Positions 15,818 to 28,319 of a DNA stretch of 64,000 nt are shown piece by piece. Every line of letters starts with the position of its first letter. The stretch's first letter is position 1. The stretch is from the NCBI GenBank assembly GCA_012295275.1, contig CM022674.1:12772001-12836000 (forward strand), read 5' to 3'. Source of the stretch: Chrysomallon squamiferum. Lineage: Eukaryota; Animalia; Mollusca. The position numbers and the translations under genes were made by a program. The notes below the pieces were generated by a model. The model saw only the letters and a program-made list of their open reading frames with translations. It did no database searches and had not been told where the DNA came from.

Positions 15818-16815
15818 GCTGAGTCTTTGTTGATAGGCTGTTGTTGAGTTTCTGTTGATAGCATTTTGTTGAGTTTCTGTTGATAGCATTTTGTTGAGTT
15901 TCTGCTCATAGCATTTTGTTGAGTTTCTGTTGATAGGCTGTTGTTGAGTTTCTGTTGATAGCATTTTGTTTGTTGATAGTATTTTGTTGAGTTTCTGTTG
16001 ATAGCATTTTGTTGAGTTTCTGTTGATAATATCTTGTTGAATTTCTGTTGATAGTATTTTGTTGAGTTTCTGCTGATAGCATTTTGTTGAGTTTCTGTTG
16101 ATAGTATCTTGTTGAGTTTCTGCTGATAGCTTTTTGTTGAGTTTCTGTTGATAGCATTTTGTTGAGTTTCTGTTGATAGCATTTTGTTGAGTTTCTGTTG
16201 ATAGGCTGTTGTTGAGTTTCTGTTGATAGCATTTTGTTGAGTTTCTGTTGATAGTATTTTGTTGAGTTTCTGTTGATAGCATTTTGTTGAGTTTCTGTTG
16301 ATAATATCTTGTTGAATTTCTGTTGATAGCATTTTGTTGAGTTTCTGCTGATAGCATTTTGTTGAGTTTCTGTTGATAGTATCTTGTTGAGTTTCTGCTG
16401 ATAGCTTTTTGTTGAGTTTCTGTTGATAGTATCTTGTTGAGTTTCTGCTGATAGCATTTTGTTGAGTTTCTGTTGATAGTATCTTGTTGAGTTTCTGCTG
16501 ATAGCATTTTGTTGAGTTTCTGTTGATAGTATTTTGTTGAGTTTCTGTTGATAGCATTTTGTTGAGTTTCTGTTGATAGTATTTTGTTGAGTTTCTGTTG
16601 ATAGCATTTTGTTGAGTTTCTGTTGATAGGCTGTTGTTGAGTTTCTGTTGATAATATCTTGTTGAGTTTCTGCTGATAGCATTTTGTTGAGTTTCTGTTG
16701 ATAGCATTTTGTTGAGTTTCTGTTGATAGTATTTTGTTGAGTTTCTGTTGATAGCATTTTGTTGAGTTTCTGCTGATAGTATCTTGTTGAGTTTCTGCTG
16801 ATAGCATTTTGTTAA
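15818..16815. repeat. 25-bp minisatellite (gttgagtttctgttgatagcatttt), ~40 copies
   Basis: Directly visible; explains three overlapping minus-strand ORFs with 25-aa periodicity. Confidence 0.97.
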
Positions 16816-17944
16816 GATGTTGTGATTCTGTTTAGAAACTCTGTACTAAATGAATTCTTTTGAAAATTCGTTGTTAATTGGCTTATTTTGTAATTATAAG
16901 TGAATTTTGTTCCTTTTTTTTTATTATCTTATGAATTTTATTATCATATTTTCAAACTTAATTTAATTTAATGTTAGAAAACTCTGGGACACGGACTCAG
17001 TGCTTTGTTACGAATGAGAAATTTTTAAAATGAAGTTGTTATAAAAAATTGTTTACTGATAAAACCAACCAATAGCATTTTTTAAATAATTTTTTTTAAT
17101 TTATTTTTCAGTTATTGTGTATAGAATTAGGCAGGTGCTAGGCTATTTACCTCCTGTTGTTAACATACAATGTACTCCATTAATTTTCACTTATGGTTTT
17201 TGAAACGGAAAAAATGGAAAAAATGTTGAAGTTTTGATGTTTATTAATAGTGACACATGAATCTGTGTGTGTTACACAAGGAAATATACAGATCTTGTGC
17301 AAATTCTCTAATTCTTGTTGTTCAATACCACATACTTGCTTTAAATGTTTTGGTAAATATTGATATTCTGTATTAAATATCTCATTATTTCACTGACAAT
17401 GGTCGAAATATATAGAACTTTTTTTTTCTTTCTTAAAAAATAATTGAAAAATCATCTATATATATATGTGTGTATGTATGTATGTATGTACATATGTATA
17501 TATGTATGCATGTCTGTATTATGTTTGTATGTATGTATGTGTTAATGTATCTATCTAGTTTTATGGTTTGGTTTTGTGGGATTTGTTCAGTTTTTTTTTT
17601 TTATTTTTTTTGCTTTTAAATATTTCACAGTTCTCTTTCTCTCTAAATCACACCTTTTTGCTTTCTCTCACTTTCTTTCTTTCCATTCTGCTCATTACTC
17701 TTCTCTTTTTCTTTCCTTTCTCCTCCTCCTCCCAAGATTCAATGCAAATTACTGCTGATTTGAGCAGACAATTAGTTCAGGAGGTGAGCGCAGACCTGTC
17801 CAGAATGATATCGAATCTAAACGCTGTGTTTAAAACAAATCACTGCCTGTGTGTTCTGTTTTGTGAGACTGAGGAGATAAAACATCATCTGAGGACCGAC
17901 TGCTGCTGCTGGTCCTCCACGAAAATCAATCCTTGATAATGAGA

Positions 17945-18282
17945 CTGAATGGGCAGTTTTCATGTTCGCTTTCTTTCACTTTAAAAATAAAATAAAATAA
18001 GAATTTAAAGATTTCTTTTCTCGTTAACTTCTAATTCTTTATTACTGGAGTACTGGTTCTTGGTACTAAATGGGCAGCTTTATTTCATTTTAAAAAGAAA
18101 ATAAAATAAGAATTTAAAGATTTCTTTTCTTGTTAACTTCTAATTCTTTATTACTGGAGTACTGGTTCTTGGTACTGAATGGGCAGCTTTATTTCATTTT
18201 AAAAAGAAAATAAAATAAGAATTTAAAGATTTCTTTTCTTGTTAACTTCTAATTCTTTATTACTGGAGTACTGGTTCTTGGT
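17945..18282. repeat. ~110-120 bp tandem triplication
   Basis: aatgggcag...ggagtactggttcttgg units start near 17946, 18066, 18176. Confidence 0.93.
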
Positions 18283-18599
18283 TAGATCTCTCTTTTTTTT
18301 GTTGTGGTTTAAGTATAACTGTTCTTATTTTAGAGTAATTTCACATGGAATTCATAACTAATATCAATATCATGGTTATTACTGTTTACTTAATATACAA
18401 ATATGATTTTTGTTAAATGCAAGGTATTTTTATTTTTATTATATTTATCATTTTTTTTTTTTTTAACCAACAGGGTAATTTAATATTATTCTAAAATATC
18501 TTATTTTAGGATAATTTTGAAAGATCACTATTTAGTGCAACATTTAATTGTGAGCTGAGTTACTGTTATCATACCAGGTTATTTAGTAGGGTAGTGTTC

Positions 18600-18822
18600 T
18601 TATTTCAAGGTGATTCAGTGAAGTACTGTTACTATTTGAAGGTGTTTCAGTGAAGTACAATTGTTACTTCAAGGTGATTCAATGAAGTACTGTTCTGTGA
18701 AGGTGTTTCAGTGAAGTACAATTGTTACTTCAAGGCGATTCAGTGAAGTACTGTTACTATTTGAAGGTGTTTCAGTGAAGTACAATTGTTACTTCAAGAT
18801 GATTCAATGAAGTACTATTATT
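18600..18822. repeat. ~30-bp minisatellite with alternating variants (aaggtg[a/t]ttcagtgaagtac...)
   Basis: About 7 copies visible, alternating tgttact/aattgttact tails. Confidence 0.9.
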
Positions 18823-18894
18823 CCAGTGTGTTTCTTTTTAAGGACTGGTGTTATATCAGAGCAATTTATCATTGAGACTGTGTATCATATTTTC

Positions 18895-19200
18895 ATTATT
18901 TAAGGGTGACACAATATCTGTTATTAATACTGTATAATGGGTGATATTTTATGATATTTTCATCATTGATGGTGACATAATATCTCTTGTTAATCAGAGT
19001 GATTTGATATTGTATAATGCGTGACTTTACGTGATATTTTTGAGGTTTCAGGGTGACACAGGGTGACACAGAGTGATATATTGTTTAAGGGTGACTATAT
19101 GATATTTTGATTTGCAGGGTGACACATCTGTTATATCAGTGATATATATATATTGTATAACGGGTGACTTTATTTGATATTTTTGATGTTGCAGGGTGAC
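18895..19200 (+). repeat. Degenerate array of copies of the RERE splice acceptor (gatattt...agggtgac)
   Basis: AGGGTGAC recurs near 18903, 19050, 19060, 19088, 19116 and at the real acceptor 19193. Confidence 0.85.
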
Positions 19201-19330
19201 TTAGTGGAGTACTACTATTTCTGGAAGAAGACGCCAGCAGCTGTTTCAAATCGGCCTCATCGCCGACATCGTCGCTCCGGACTCAAACGGCAGGCAGTTA
19301 GATCGTCAAACCAACCCATAGGTGACTACT
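19195..19330 (+). CDS. RERE: RERE exon: end of SANT domain (GDLVEYYYFWKKTPAAVSNRPHRRHRRSGLKRQAVRSSNQPIGDY)
   Basis: ttgcag|GGTGAC acceptor, T|gtgagt donor; phase 0 to 1; resembles RERE YYYWKKTP..HRRHRR. Confidence 0.95.
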
Positions 19331-21494
19331 GTGAGTACCTTCATTAAATAGTTACAATAATTTAAATAAACCCGAATTATCTCTTGTCTTTGATCTTAGG
19401 AGATAAGATGAAGCAGTTGAGAAAGTATTGAAAAATAATCAAGCACACATACGCAGGGCAAAGATGAAAGACTCGAGTTGCTTTTTTTTTTTTTTTTTTT
19501 TTTAATAATTGTGGGGGATAGACTAATATCTTGGAATCTTTATTTCATTAAAGCTAACAAAAATAAATGTGAAGTTTTTATGTTAGTGCCATGGAAGGCT
19601 TGTTTACAAGTTCATAAAGATACAGGGATATTTATGTTGTAAATTTTGGGTTTATGCATCTGTTTAGCTTGAGCACAGTACAGCAGTAATAATGTTGATG
19701 ATGGTGATCATTAATAATCATCATGATGATAACAATAACAGTAAAATATTGTTATAATAACAAAGATGAATAATTGATGGTAATAGAGATAATAATGGTA
19801 ATGATAATTATAAAAATCATTCTAATAATAATGGTAATGATAATGATAATGATAATGATGCTAATAATATCATCTATAATAATAATAATCATAATAAAAT
19901 GATAATAAGGCCCTGATATTGGTTTCCACATCTGTATTTAATTTCTTGTTATTATTACCTTCTGAAGTCTGGTATGTTTTCCAAACATCTGCATCAGTTG
20001 TTTTTCCCAATCAAACTGTCTTTAAACTCACAATATCATTTGTTTGTTGTTGTTTTTTTGCCTCGTCTTTCTCCAGTAACTACATCTTTTTTCTCTCTCT
20101 TTTTTTATTTTTTTTATTATTTAACCTGCAGTAAGCCAAGAACACATCAGTCACTTTCATACCTGTACTACTTTCTCTACCACTGTTTTCCATTTTCCTC
20201 TCAGCCTTTAGTGAAAGTTGAGCCATAACTAAACACGCTCATGGTTGAAAGGAACTTGATTGGTGTCGAAAGCTATGTGTTTGTTTTCTGAAAGGATCTA
20301 TTGGTCCAGGCAGACATTCCAGCCTTTGCTGTTATCCTCAGCTCTGGCAATCTGGGAAGACACCGTTGGTTACAATCCTTAACAGCTGTTTAGAATATGT
20401 TACTGGGAGGGGAAACTGATACGGCCATTTTGTTTTGTAGACAAGTCAGTGAGGTTTTTTTTTTCTGGTTTTCTTATCATGGAGTTGTAAAGATGACGCA
20501 GTGACTGGCGATGATGAAGTAGTTGCCAAGTGGTTGGATAGAGATGTAGTTTGATTTTTTTGATGAAATGTTAAAATAACTTGATTAGAATACTTGTGTA
20601 GATTGATGCTGATGCAATATACAAGGATGGGAGTGCTGTTTTCATGTTGTGTTTAACATGGGTAATAGGAATCTTTGTCAAGTTATTTTATTGGAACTTT
20701 TTAATCACAAATTGCCTGGTGGGTTGCATATATAAACAATTTATATATTATCTTATAACTAAATTATAACCCATTAGATATATAAGAAACAGAACTTTTG
20801 GTAAAAAAAAAAAATAAAAAAAATAATAAATAATTTTAATTATATATATTTTTTCTAATTAAAATGTTAGAGAGTTTAAAACAAAAAATAATAAAAAAAT
20901 ATTAAGAATAAAAAAAATAAAAAAAATAAAAATAAAATCTAATAGAAAATAAAAATAATTAACCAATAAAATAAACACCCCTAAAACAAAAAAAACAAAC
21001 CTCACCACCCCACCTAATTGCACAAAAAAACAATACCAAAAAAACCCAGAAACAAACTCTGTTATAAAACTAAAATAAATTGAAAGCAAACAACAAAAGA
21101 CCAGTATGAATAAAACACCTCATTTCTTGACATTTTCCATCATTTTCAATTGTTTTATTTAAATTCTGCAGCAGGCTCCTTTCAGATTAATGTTATTAAC
21201 ATTTTCCCTCCTGGCAATGAGACACACAGAGAACAATTTGTATTAAAAATAAAAAAAAAATAAAAAAATTCAATAAACTGATGGCACACTTAATCCATCA
21301 GAAGTGAATGAATTTTTCACCTCTTTGTTTGTGAGTAGCTGTTTGGATAGTAGCTTTTTTCAAGATATTCTACACCACCATCAACCCTTTACCAGTAAGC
21401 CACACACAGGAGCAATGCCTACTTCTCTCACTCCTATTATCAAAACACACACCACTTAATTTCCATCCAAGTTCCACACTTTGTACTCCATTTT

Positions 21495-21690
21495 CCTCCT
21501 GACCCCAGAGGTGAGTGACAGCTCTGACCCCCGATTTTGTTACTACTGCCCATTCATTGGCTGTTTGTAGGAGGTCAATTGAGGTCAGGTCATGGGTGGT
21601 CTGCTCGGCAGGTCACATGACTCTGCCTGCTGTCAGGGCTGCTTATGCTCCGATTGGCTTGTCTGATTGGTGCAGCTGGATGATTGACAG
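21495..21690. promoter_or_regulatory. Candidate intronic enhancer or internal promoter: DR4 nuclear receptor element plus CCAAT boxes
   Basis: AGGTCAattgAGGTCA at 21572-21587, further AGGTCA at 21587 and 21610, ATTGG near 21556, 21654, 21666; GC-richer island in an AT-rich intron. Confidence 0.55.
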
Positions 21691-22144
21691 GTTATGGGTG
21701 GTGATCTGGCTGGTTTTATATTAGCTGCTAACAAATGGGATGCTATCTTTATGGCTGGACAATTGATGTGCTAAGACTGTTGATTTTCTAATGTCGTCTG
21801 CTGATTACAATCAGCAGATTTTAGAGTCTTGTTGAATCATGGCTGGATCTAGCACTCATTTCTAGAATTCTGCTGTGGCTGTCTGTAACAGTGGTGTGGA
21901 GCTGAGATGGCAAATTAGGTCATTTTCTTTTTTTAAAGTGTAAAATGTTTTATGGTTTCTGCAAATGCTGCTGCTGTTTGTTGAAGATAAAACTGAGTAG
22001 TTATTTGTATGTGTAGAAATAAATAAACTTAAAATGGTGTAAAGAAAATAAGAAAAAATAAGGAATGTTCTGGAATAAAAGAAAAATAACATAAATTAAC
22101 CGAAATTTGTAAAAAAATTTAGTAACAGAGTAAATCAAATAAAC

Positions 22145-22175
<31 letters not shown>

Positions 22176-24246
22176 AATGTTGAAAATGGATGAAGTCATT
22201 TTCTGTTTTATTTTACTATTATTATTTACTAGACATTTATTTCATAAAACATTACTGATGTAAAATTAAACAAAATGAAAAGGAAATTGAAGGAAAAAAA
22301 AATAATAATAATAAAAAAAAAAAAAATAAAAAAAAATAGAAGTTACATAAAACAGTTATGGAGGATTGATCCTGCAGTAATGCATACCTCAAACCAGTGC
22401 AGTAACCATTAATCTAAACTGAACCTGTTTTATTTCACAAGTTCTCAGTCAATGAACAGTCTTCTACCATTTTCCAGATATTTCGTTATAAAATATTGAA
22501 AGACCAGGGCCTGGCTAGGGTCTCAAATTATTTTAATTAAAATGTGCATCTTACCTGCACCAGGTGTGCATGAAATGATTAAAACTGCACCAGGCCGATT
22601 GTTTTAATGGTTTGATCTGCACACTGAAATAACCCACTGGTTAGTCACACTGCAATAAAATGCAGAGTTAATCGGTTTGAATGGAGAGTTTATAGCAGGA
22701 TCAAGAACATTGTACCTGTTGTGACTGCAGCGTTTTGTGCTGTGTTGTGACAGAGTTGGGTTTCAGTCAGTCAGCTCTGCTATTCATACAGTCCCAGGGG
22801 CAGTTCCAAAAAAAAGGTGGGGGATGGTGTTCCTAATTGTTATAGTGTGTGTGTAAAAGATTTGATATTGCAGGTTCTGGAAAATAAAAATAACACAAAA
22901 TTGTGTTCATTAAATATTCATAATATTAATGAGGTTTGGAAATAATATGATTAATTTTATATATACTCATATTTCTGTGAATACATACAACATCATGTAC
23001 ATTTGTACACAAAACTAGACACACACACACACACACACACACTTGTATTGTACTATGACCTATTGAGCATGTGCAAATTCAGTAATAATACAAAAACCAT
23101 TTCTATATAATAATTAGTCCTAATAGTAGTAGTAGTAGTAGTAATAGTAGTAGTAGTAACAAAGTGATTTATATTGTATAAAATCAGTTACAAGGAACTG
23201 AACCCATTACCTTTCTTCCATTCATCAAACAGATCTGGTTTTCTTCAAGACAAATTCCACTTCCACATCAGTTTAAATTTATTTTTGTTTTTCCGTGTAT
23301 ACACTTCAACATGGGCCATTTACTTTGGTGTTGAGCCCGGTACAACAGAAGAAAAACCCACACATACACACACACACATCTTCCCCTTCTTCCAGTGCTG
23401 TTTTGTACTCGCTGAATGAACAAATGGGTTTGAAAAGCTAAATTACCGATGCACAACGTGGGCAAACACTTGGCATCTGCTCGCCAATACAAGCTCCACG
23501 TTTGTTGTTTGTTTTTTCCTCCACTGCGGTGCCTGTGGAAGCCTCTGTGTTGGTTTGTCGTGGGCCAGAGTCAACAGTCTGTGTTTAGGTTAAATATTGG
23601 CCCATTTTCACACCAATACTCCACAGCTTCAAACAGGGATTATGACAATCAGAAGTGATACAGGGGAATTGTTCTTAGCAATACCTGGCATAGTTTGAAT
23701 GTGTGTCATTCACAAATACAAAGATTTTTATTTTTTTTTTTTTTTTTTTTTTCCACTAAAACACTGTCTCTGCCAAGTGCAAGGCATTACAGACCAAAGT
23801 AATGTACAGACTTAGTCTAAACAGATTTTGCTCTGTTTTTTTTTTTTATGTTTAAATTTAAATATTTGAACTTATTTTTGTTGTTGTTGTTGTTGATATT
23901 ATAATGTCTCATTTTATAATTAACAATTTTTTGTTTTACTTTTTCTTTCATTCTTACTCCTTTTATTTATTTATTTTTTTAAAAAAATGTTTTCGTTACT
24001 CTATCAAATAAGATTCTATTAAAATGTTTAACTCCCTTTAACAGAGAACAAAAAAATGTAGAATAATAACATTCCTTCTACTCAGCCAACCACCCATCCA
24101 TCCATCCATTTCATCCATCCAACTAACCAAGCCACAAAATAAAAACCAGTCATCCCTCTGCCCATTCCTTCATCCATCCATCCATCCATCCATCCATCCA
24201 TCCATCCATCCATCCACTGATGTAGTGTTAATGTTGTGTATTTCAG

Positions 24247-24345
24247 TGGACCAGAGTTCTGCCAGTGAGGTGTCGGATGAGACAGAGGACAGTGACGGAG
24301 GCAGCAGAGATTCTGGTTACGCATGTAGGCACTGTTTTTCCACAA
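24247..24345 (+). CDS. RERE: RERE exon: acidic linker and first half of GATA-type zinc finger (LDQSSASE...[10 protein letters not shown])
   Basis: tttcag| acceptor, ACAA|gtaagt donor; phase 1 to 1. Confidence 0.95.
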
Positions 24346-24522
24346 GTAAGTACCGACAGATTCTATTTATGTATGTAGGCACTGTTGTTACATATGTGGA
24401 CACTGTTTTTCCACAAGTAAGTGCTGACAGAAATCCTTTTACTTATGTAGGCCCTGTTTTTCCACAAGTAAGTACTGACAGTGTTTTGGTTACTTACATA
24501 AGCACTGTTTTTCCACAAGTTA
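24322..24522 (+). repeat. Tandem copies of RERE exon end plus donor (cactgtttttccacaa|gtaagt)
   Basis: Copies with GT at 24346 (real), 24417, 24468, 24519. Confidence 0.92.
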
Positions 24523-25760
24523 CATTTAAAAATTATAGATTTTATGTTTTGGCACGTGTATGTAAATTCATGCAGATAAAATTTTAAATGTACCAAAAAA
24601 TGTTTAGAAATTGAAAAATACCTAATAATAACTGAGTTGATAAATAAATAAAAACAACAGTAAGAATTATTATGACAACTATAGTTACAGCTAGTAGTAC
24701 TGGATCTAAAACTAATTTAAAAAATACTTCATTATTGTACCATCCCAGTGTTCATTACAGGACAATAATGACATCACAAACTGAAATGACATTATCACGA
24801 ACTATAATGACATCACAAACTGAAATGACCTAAGTCTAATCATGCGATGACTGAGTCTAATGAACTATCAGAAAACTCTACTTTTAAGATGAGAATCTAA
24901 TTATATGATGAAACAAAACTTAAGATTTTCTGACAAGAATTCTGATTGCCTGCTAGGTACTGGCAGATGGTATTTTCAGAATATCACCTCGACTTGTATA
25001 GGGGCTGGTCCAGAGACAGTGATAGGGGAGGGGGAAATGGTGGTGATTTAGAATTACTGATTTAGAATTAGTTCTTAGAATAAGGGTAGATCCAAAGATT
25101 TTTAGTGGAGGGATGGGATGAGGGTTGATTTTATTTTTTATTTATTTTTATTTATTTATTTTTTTTTTTTTTTTTTATATTTTCCCATTAAATATTAATG
25201 TTTTATTAAGTTGTTTTTTATTTATTTATTTATTTATTTTATTATTTGCTTATATATTTGTTTATTATTATTATTATTAATTTATTTTTATAATTTTTTT
25301 ATTTTATTTTTTTGGGGGGTTATTTTTAGTTTTTGTATATTAATGTTTCATTAATTTTCTTTGAAGTTTTTTTTCATTGTTGATTTATTTGTTTCTATAC
25401 ATCTCTAATTGAAAACTTTTATAAATACATCTAATTATCTATCTATTTATTTATTTATTTATTTGTTTTTTTTTTTTTTTTTTTGCTGATTTTTTATTTC
25501 ATTATTATTTTTGTATATTTATTTAATTAAATGTTTTCTTATTTATTTATTTTTTTGTTTTTGCACAGTAATATTAATGTTTCATTAATTTTGTTTGAAT
25601 TCTTTTTTTGTTGTTGTTGATTTATTCGTTTGTGTAGATTTTTAATTTAGAGATTTTTACTATAAACATATATTTATATATTTATATATTTATTTATTCA
25701 TTAATTTATTTATCTAATTATTTGTTTATTTATTTATTTATTTATTTATTTATTTTCCAG

Positions 25761-25963
25761 CCTCCAAAGACTGGCACCATGCTGGTAAAGACAAGACCCT
25801 GCTCTGTACAGAATGTAGAATTTATTTCAAAAAGTATGGAGAGGATCGGCCCATAGAACACCCACGCGAGCCGCCCGCCTTCCTCTTCAAACCCGTCAAA
25901 GAGGATGAGGAGGACTTGGTGAACGGGAAACCCAGCATGAGAACAAGACGAAACAACATTACT
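25761..25963 (+). CDS. RERE: RERE exon: second half of GATA finger ([48 protein letters not shown]...[10 protein letters not shown])
   Basis: ttccag| acceptor, ACT|gtacgg donor; phase 1 to 0; strong motif match. Confidence 0.93.
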
Positions 25964-26412
25964 GTACGGAATATAGTATTTTTCAGTACATTATTATTAT
26001 TTTCTAATTAAACATTATTATGGAATATTTTTTTTAATTAAAAACAATGTTAAACAATGTTATGGAAGAATATATATTTTTATTGTTTTTTGTGATTAAA
26101 CAACATTACTGTACAGAATATGGTATTTTTCAGTAAATTGTTATTTTTTGTAATTAAACAACATTACTGGATGGAATATGGTATTCTTTAGTAAATTATA
26201 ATTTTTTGTGATTAAACAACATTACTGTACTGAATTTTTCAATAATTCTTCTTTTTTTTATTATTAAATAACAATACTCTATGGAATATATTATTATTAT
26301 TATTATTATCATCATCATTTTTTTTGTGATTAAATAACATTATAGAATATAGTATATATTTATATTTTTAGTAAAAAAAATATTTTTGTTAAATAATATT
26401 GTGGAATATAGA
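25951..26412 (+). repeat. ~58-bp degenerate array of RERE exon end plus donor (aaacaacattact|gtacggaatat)
   Basis: Best copies at 26098, 26156, 26214; weaker copies near 26010, 26052, 26266, 26332, 26391. Confidence 0.85.
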
Positions 26413-26532
26413 TGCTTTTTGTTTGTATATTTTTAAAATAAAATATTCTTTATATTTTATAAAACAAGTCTTCTGAAATTTTTATTTAATTATTTATTTA
26501 TTTATTTATTTGTTTATTTTGTCGTCTAACAG

Positions 26533-26685
26533 GCAGGAAATACTAATGGAAAGAAGAAGGATCGACTGAGTACGAGTAGTCCAGATAATCTCGACAGTCC
26601 AGTAAACGGATCTCAGAAAAGTGTACGAAAGTCTCCGAGTGCCGGCAGTACAAGCAGCAACAGCAGCAGCGACATTCGGGATAAG
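26533..26685 (+). CDS. RERE: RERE exon (AGNTNGKKKDRLSTSSPDNLDSPVNGSQKSVRKSPSAGSTSSNSSSDIRDK)
   Basis: ctaacag| acceptor, AAG|gtgagg donor; 153 nt, phase 0 to 0; SPSAGSTSS resembles RERE SPSAASTSS. Confidence 0.9.
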
Positions 26686-27603
26686 GTGAGGGCTGAAAAC
26701 CGGACGTTTTTGCTTTTATTATTACTACTATTGCAGCCATGGTTACGTTCATTAAAAAAAAATAATAAAAAAAGAAGTAAAATTAATGTTTAAAAACATG
26801 TTTTTTTATAAAATAATCAATTTTGTTTCCTTATTTAAAACATTTTTTTATATTATTTTTTCTTTTTTTCTTGTTTCTTAATAAATAGGATACTTTATTT
26901 TATATTGTGACAATATCAAAATGAAAAATCATTTTGATTAGAATAGTTTTTGAGTTTATGATGAACAGAGTAAGGGAGATAATTCAATAAGAAATTAAAT
27001 GTGTTTCGAATTATACAGTGAATGTTTGTTGATTTTGTTTCTTAATATCAATAAAAGTAATTTAACCATAACCTAAGTTCACAGATAGGAAGTAAGTTTC
27101 AACTTCTTATATTTAAGACTATTTTTTTTTTTTTTTTAAATGAAAACATATATATATTTTAATCGTGCATATTAAAATATTATCTGTTATTTTACCCTTT
27201 TCATATTTCTAGTTTATATTTTTGCACATTAACTATTTTATGCATTTTAAAAAATGCTATTGACAATTTACTAATTTTTTAAATTTTCAAAAAATTTAAC
27301 TTATATTATATTTTTCATATTTATGCATGGTAAAATATTTACTGTATATAATTTTCATATTAAAACATCAACTATTTTTGCATAAATTGTTTTTTTTTGA
27401 AACATGAATGCACACTTATGTGTGTGCAGGTTTAAAAAAACAATTTATAAAAATTATTATTATTATTATTACATTAAATATGTATATGATTACATTTTTG
27501 TATCTTAAAACTTTAGTAACTGTTTTATAATTCATTTTAAAACAGTTATTTACTATTTAAATATTTTTGTACTGATATATTATTTATTTGTTTGTTCACA
27601 CAG

Positions 27604-27774
27604 AGACCAAACACTCCTATAAGTGGATCTAAGAGACATTTGAATCCAGACGAAGATGAAACGTCTCTAAAAAAGAAGAAACTTGTGTCAGATTCTGACT
27701 CAGCTGTAGAATCGGACAGTAGTGGATCCGGAAATGACGAAAACGGAAATGAAGGAGACTTGGAAAATAATCAG
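27604..27774 (+). CDS. RERE: RERE exon with basic NLS-like KKKK and acidic tract (RPNTPISGSKRHLNPDEDETSLKKKKLVSDSD...LENNQ)
   Basis: cacag| acceptor, CAG|gtttgt donor; 171 nt, phase 0 to 0. Confidence 0.88.
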
Positions 27775-27816
27775 GTTTGTGTTTTTGTTTTTGTTGTATT
27801 TTTAAAATTTAGTTTC

Positions 27817-27847
<31 letters not shown>

Positions 27848-28319
27848 ATGTTTTATTATATTTTTTTTTAATATTTTTATTTTTTGTTTTATTTATTTTG
27901 AATTTTATTTTATTATGTTGATAATTTCATTTGACTGTTTTGTTTTATTTTATTAATTTTTTTCCATTTGATTTTAAATATATTTTTTATTTAATTTTTT
28001 TTTTTTTTGATGTTGAAATAAAATTCATTTCACAGAGTTTTAAGAACCATTGGATAATTATCCTCATGTACATGTTAAAACCATTTATACATAAATAAAC
28101 TCAATTAAATCATTTTAAAATTTATATAAATCTTGAATGTTGATAACTAGTTACCTTAATAAACATTTACATTTTATTAACCAAACAAATTTTAATTAAT
28201 TAATAATAATAATAATAATAAAGAAATAAAGAAATAAATATTGATTTTGATAATGATAGAAATAGACATTCTGTTTGCATATTCATTAAGTTACTGAATG
28301 TGTTTATTTTTAATTTCAG

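Noticed and set aside
15770-16807. Three long minus-strand ORFs (283-345 aa)
   Set aside because: All are translations of a 25-bp minisatellite that lacks stops on that strand; no unique sequence.
1-19194. Missing RERE BAH/ELM2/SANT exons or a nested gene
   Set aside because: No exon with recognisable domain sequence found by eye. ORFs here are low-complexity; short exons could have been missed.
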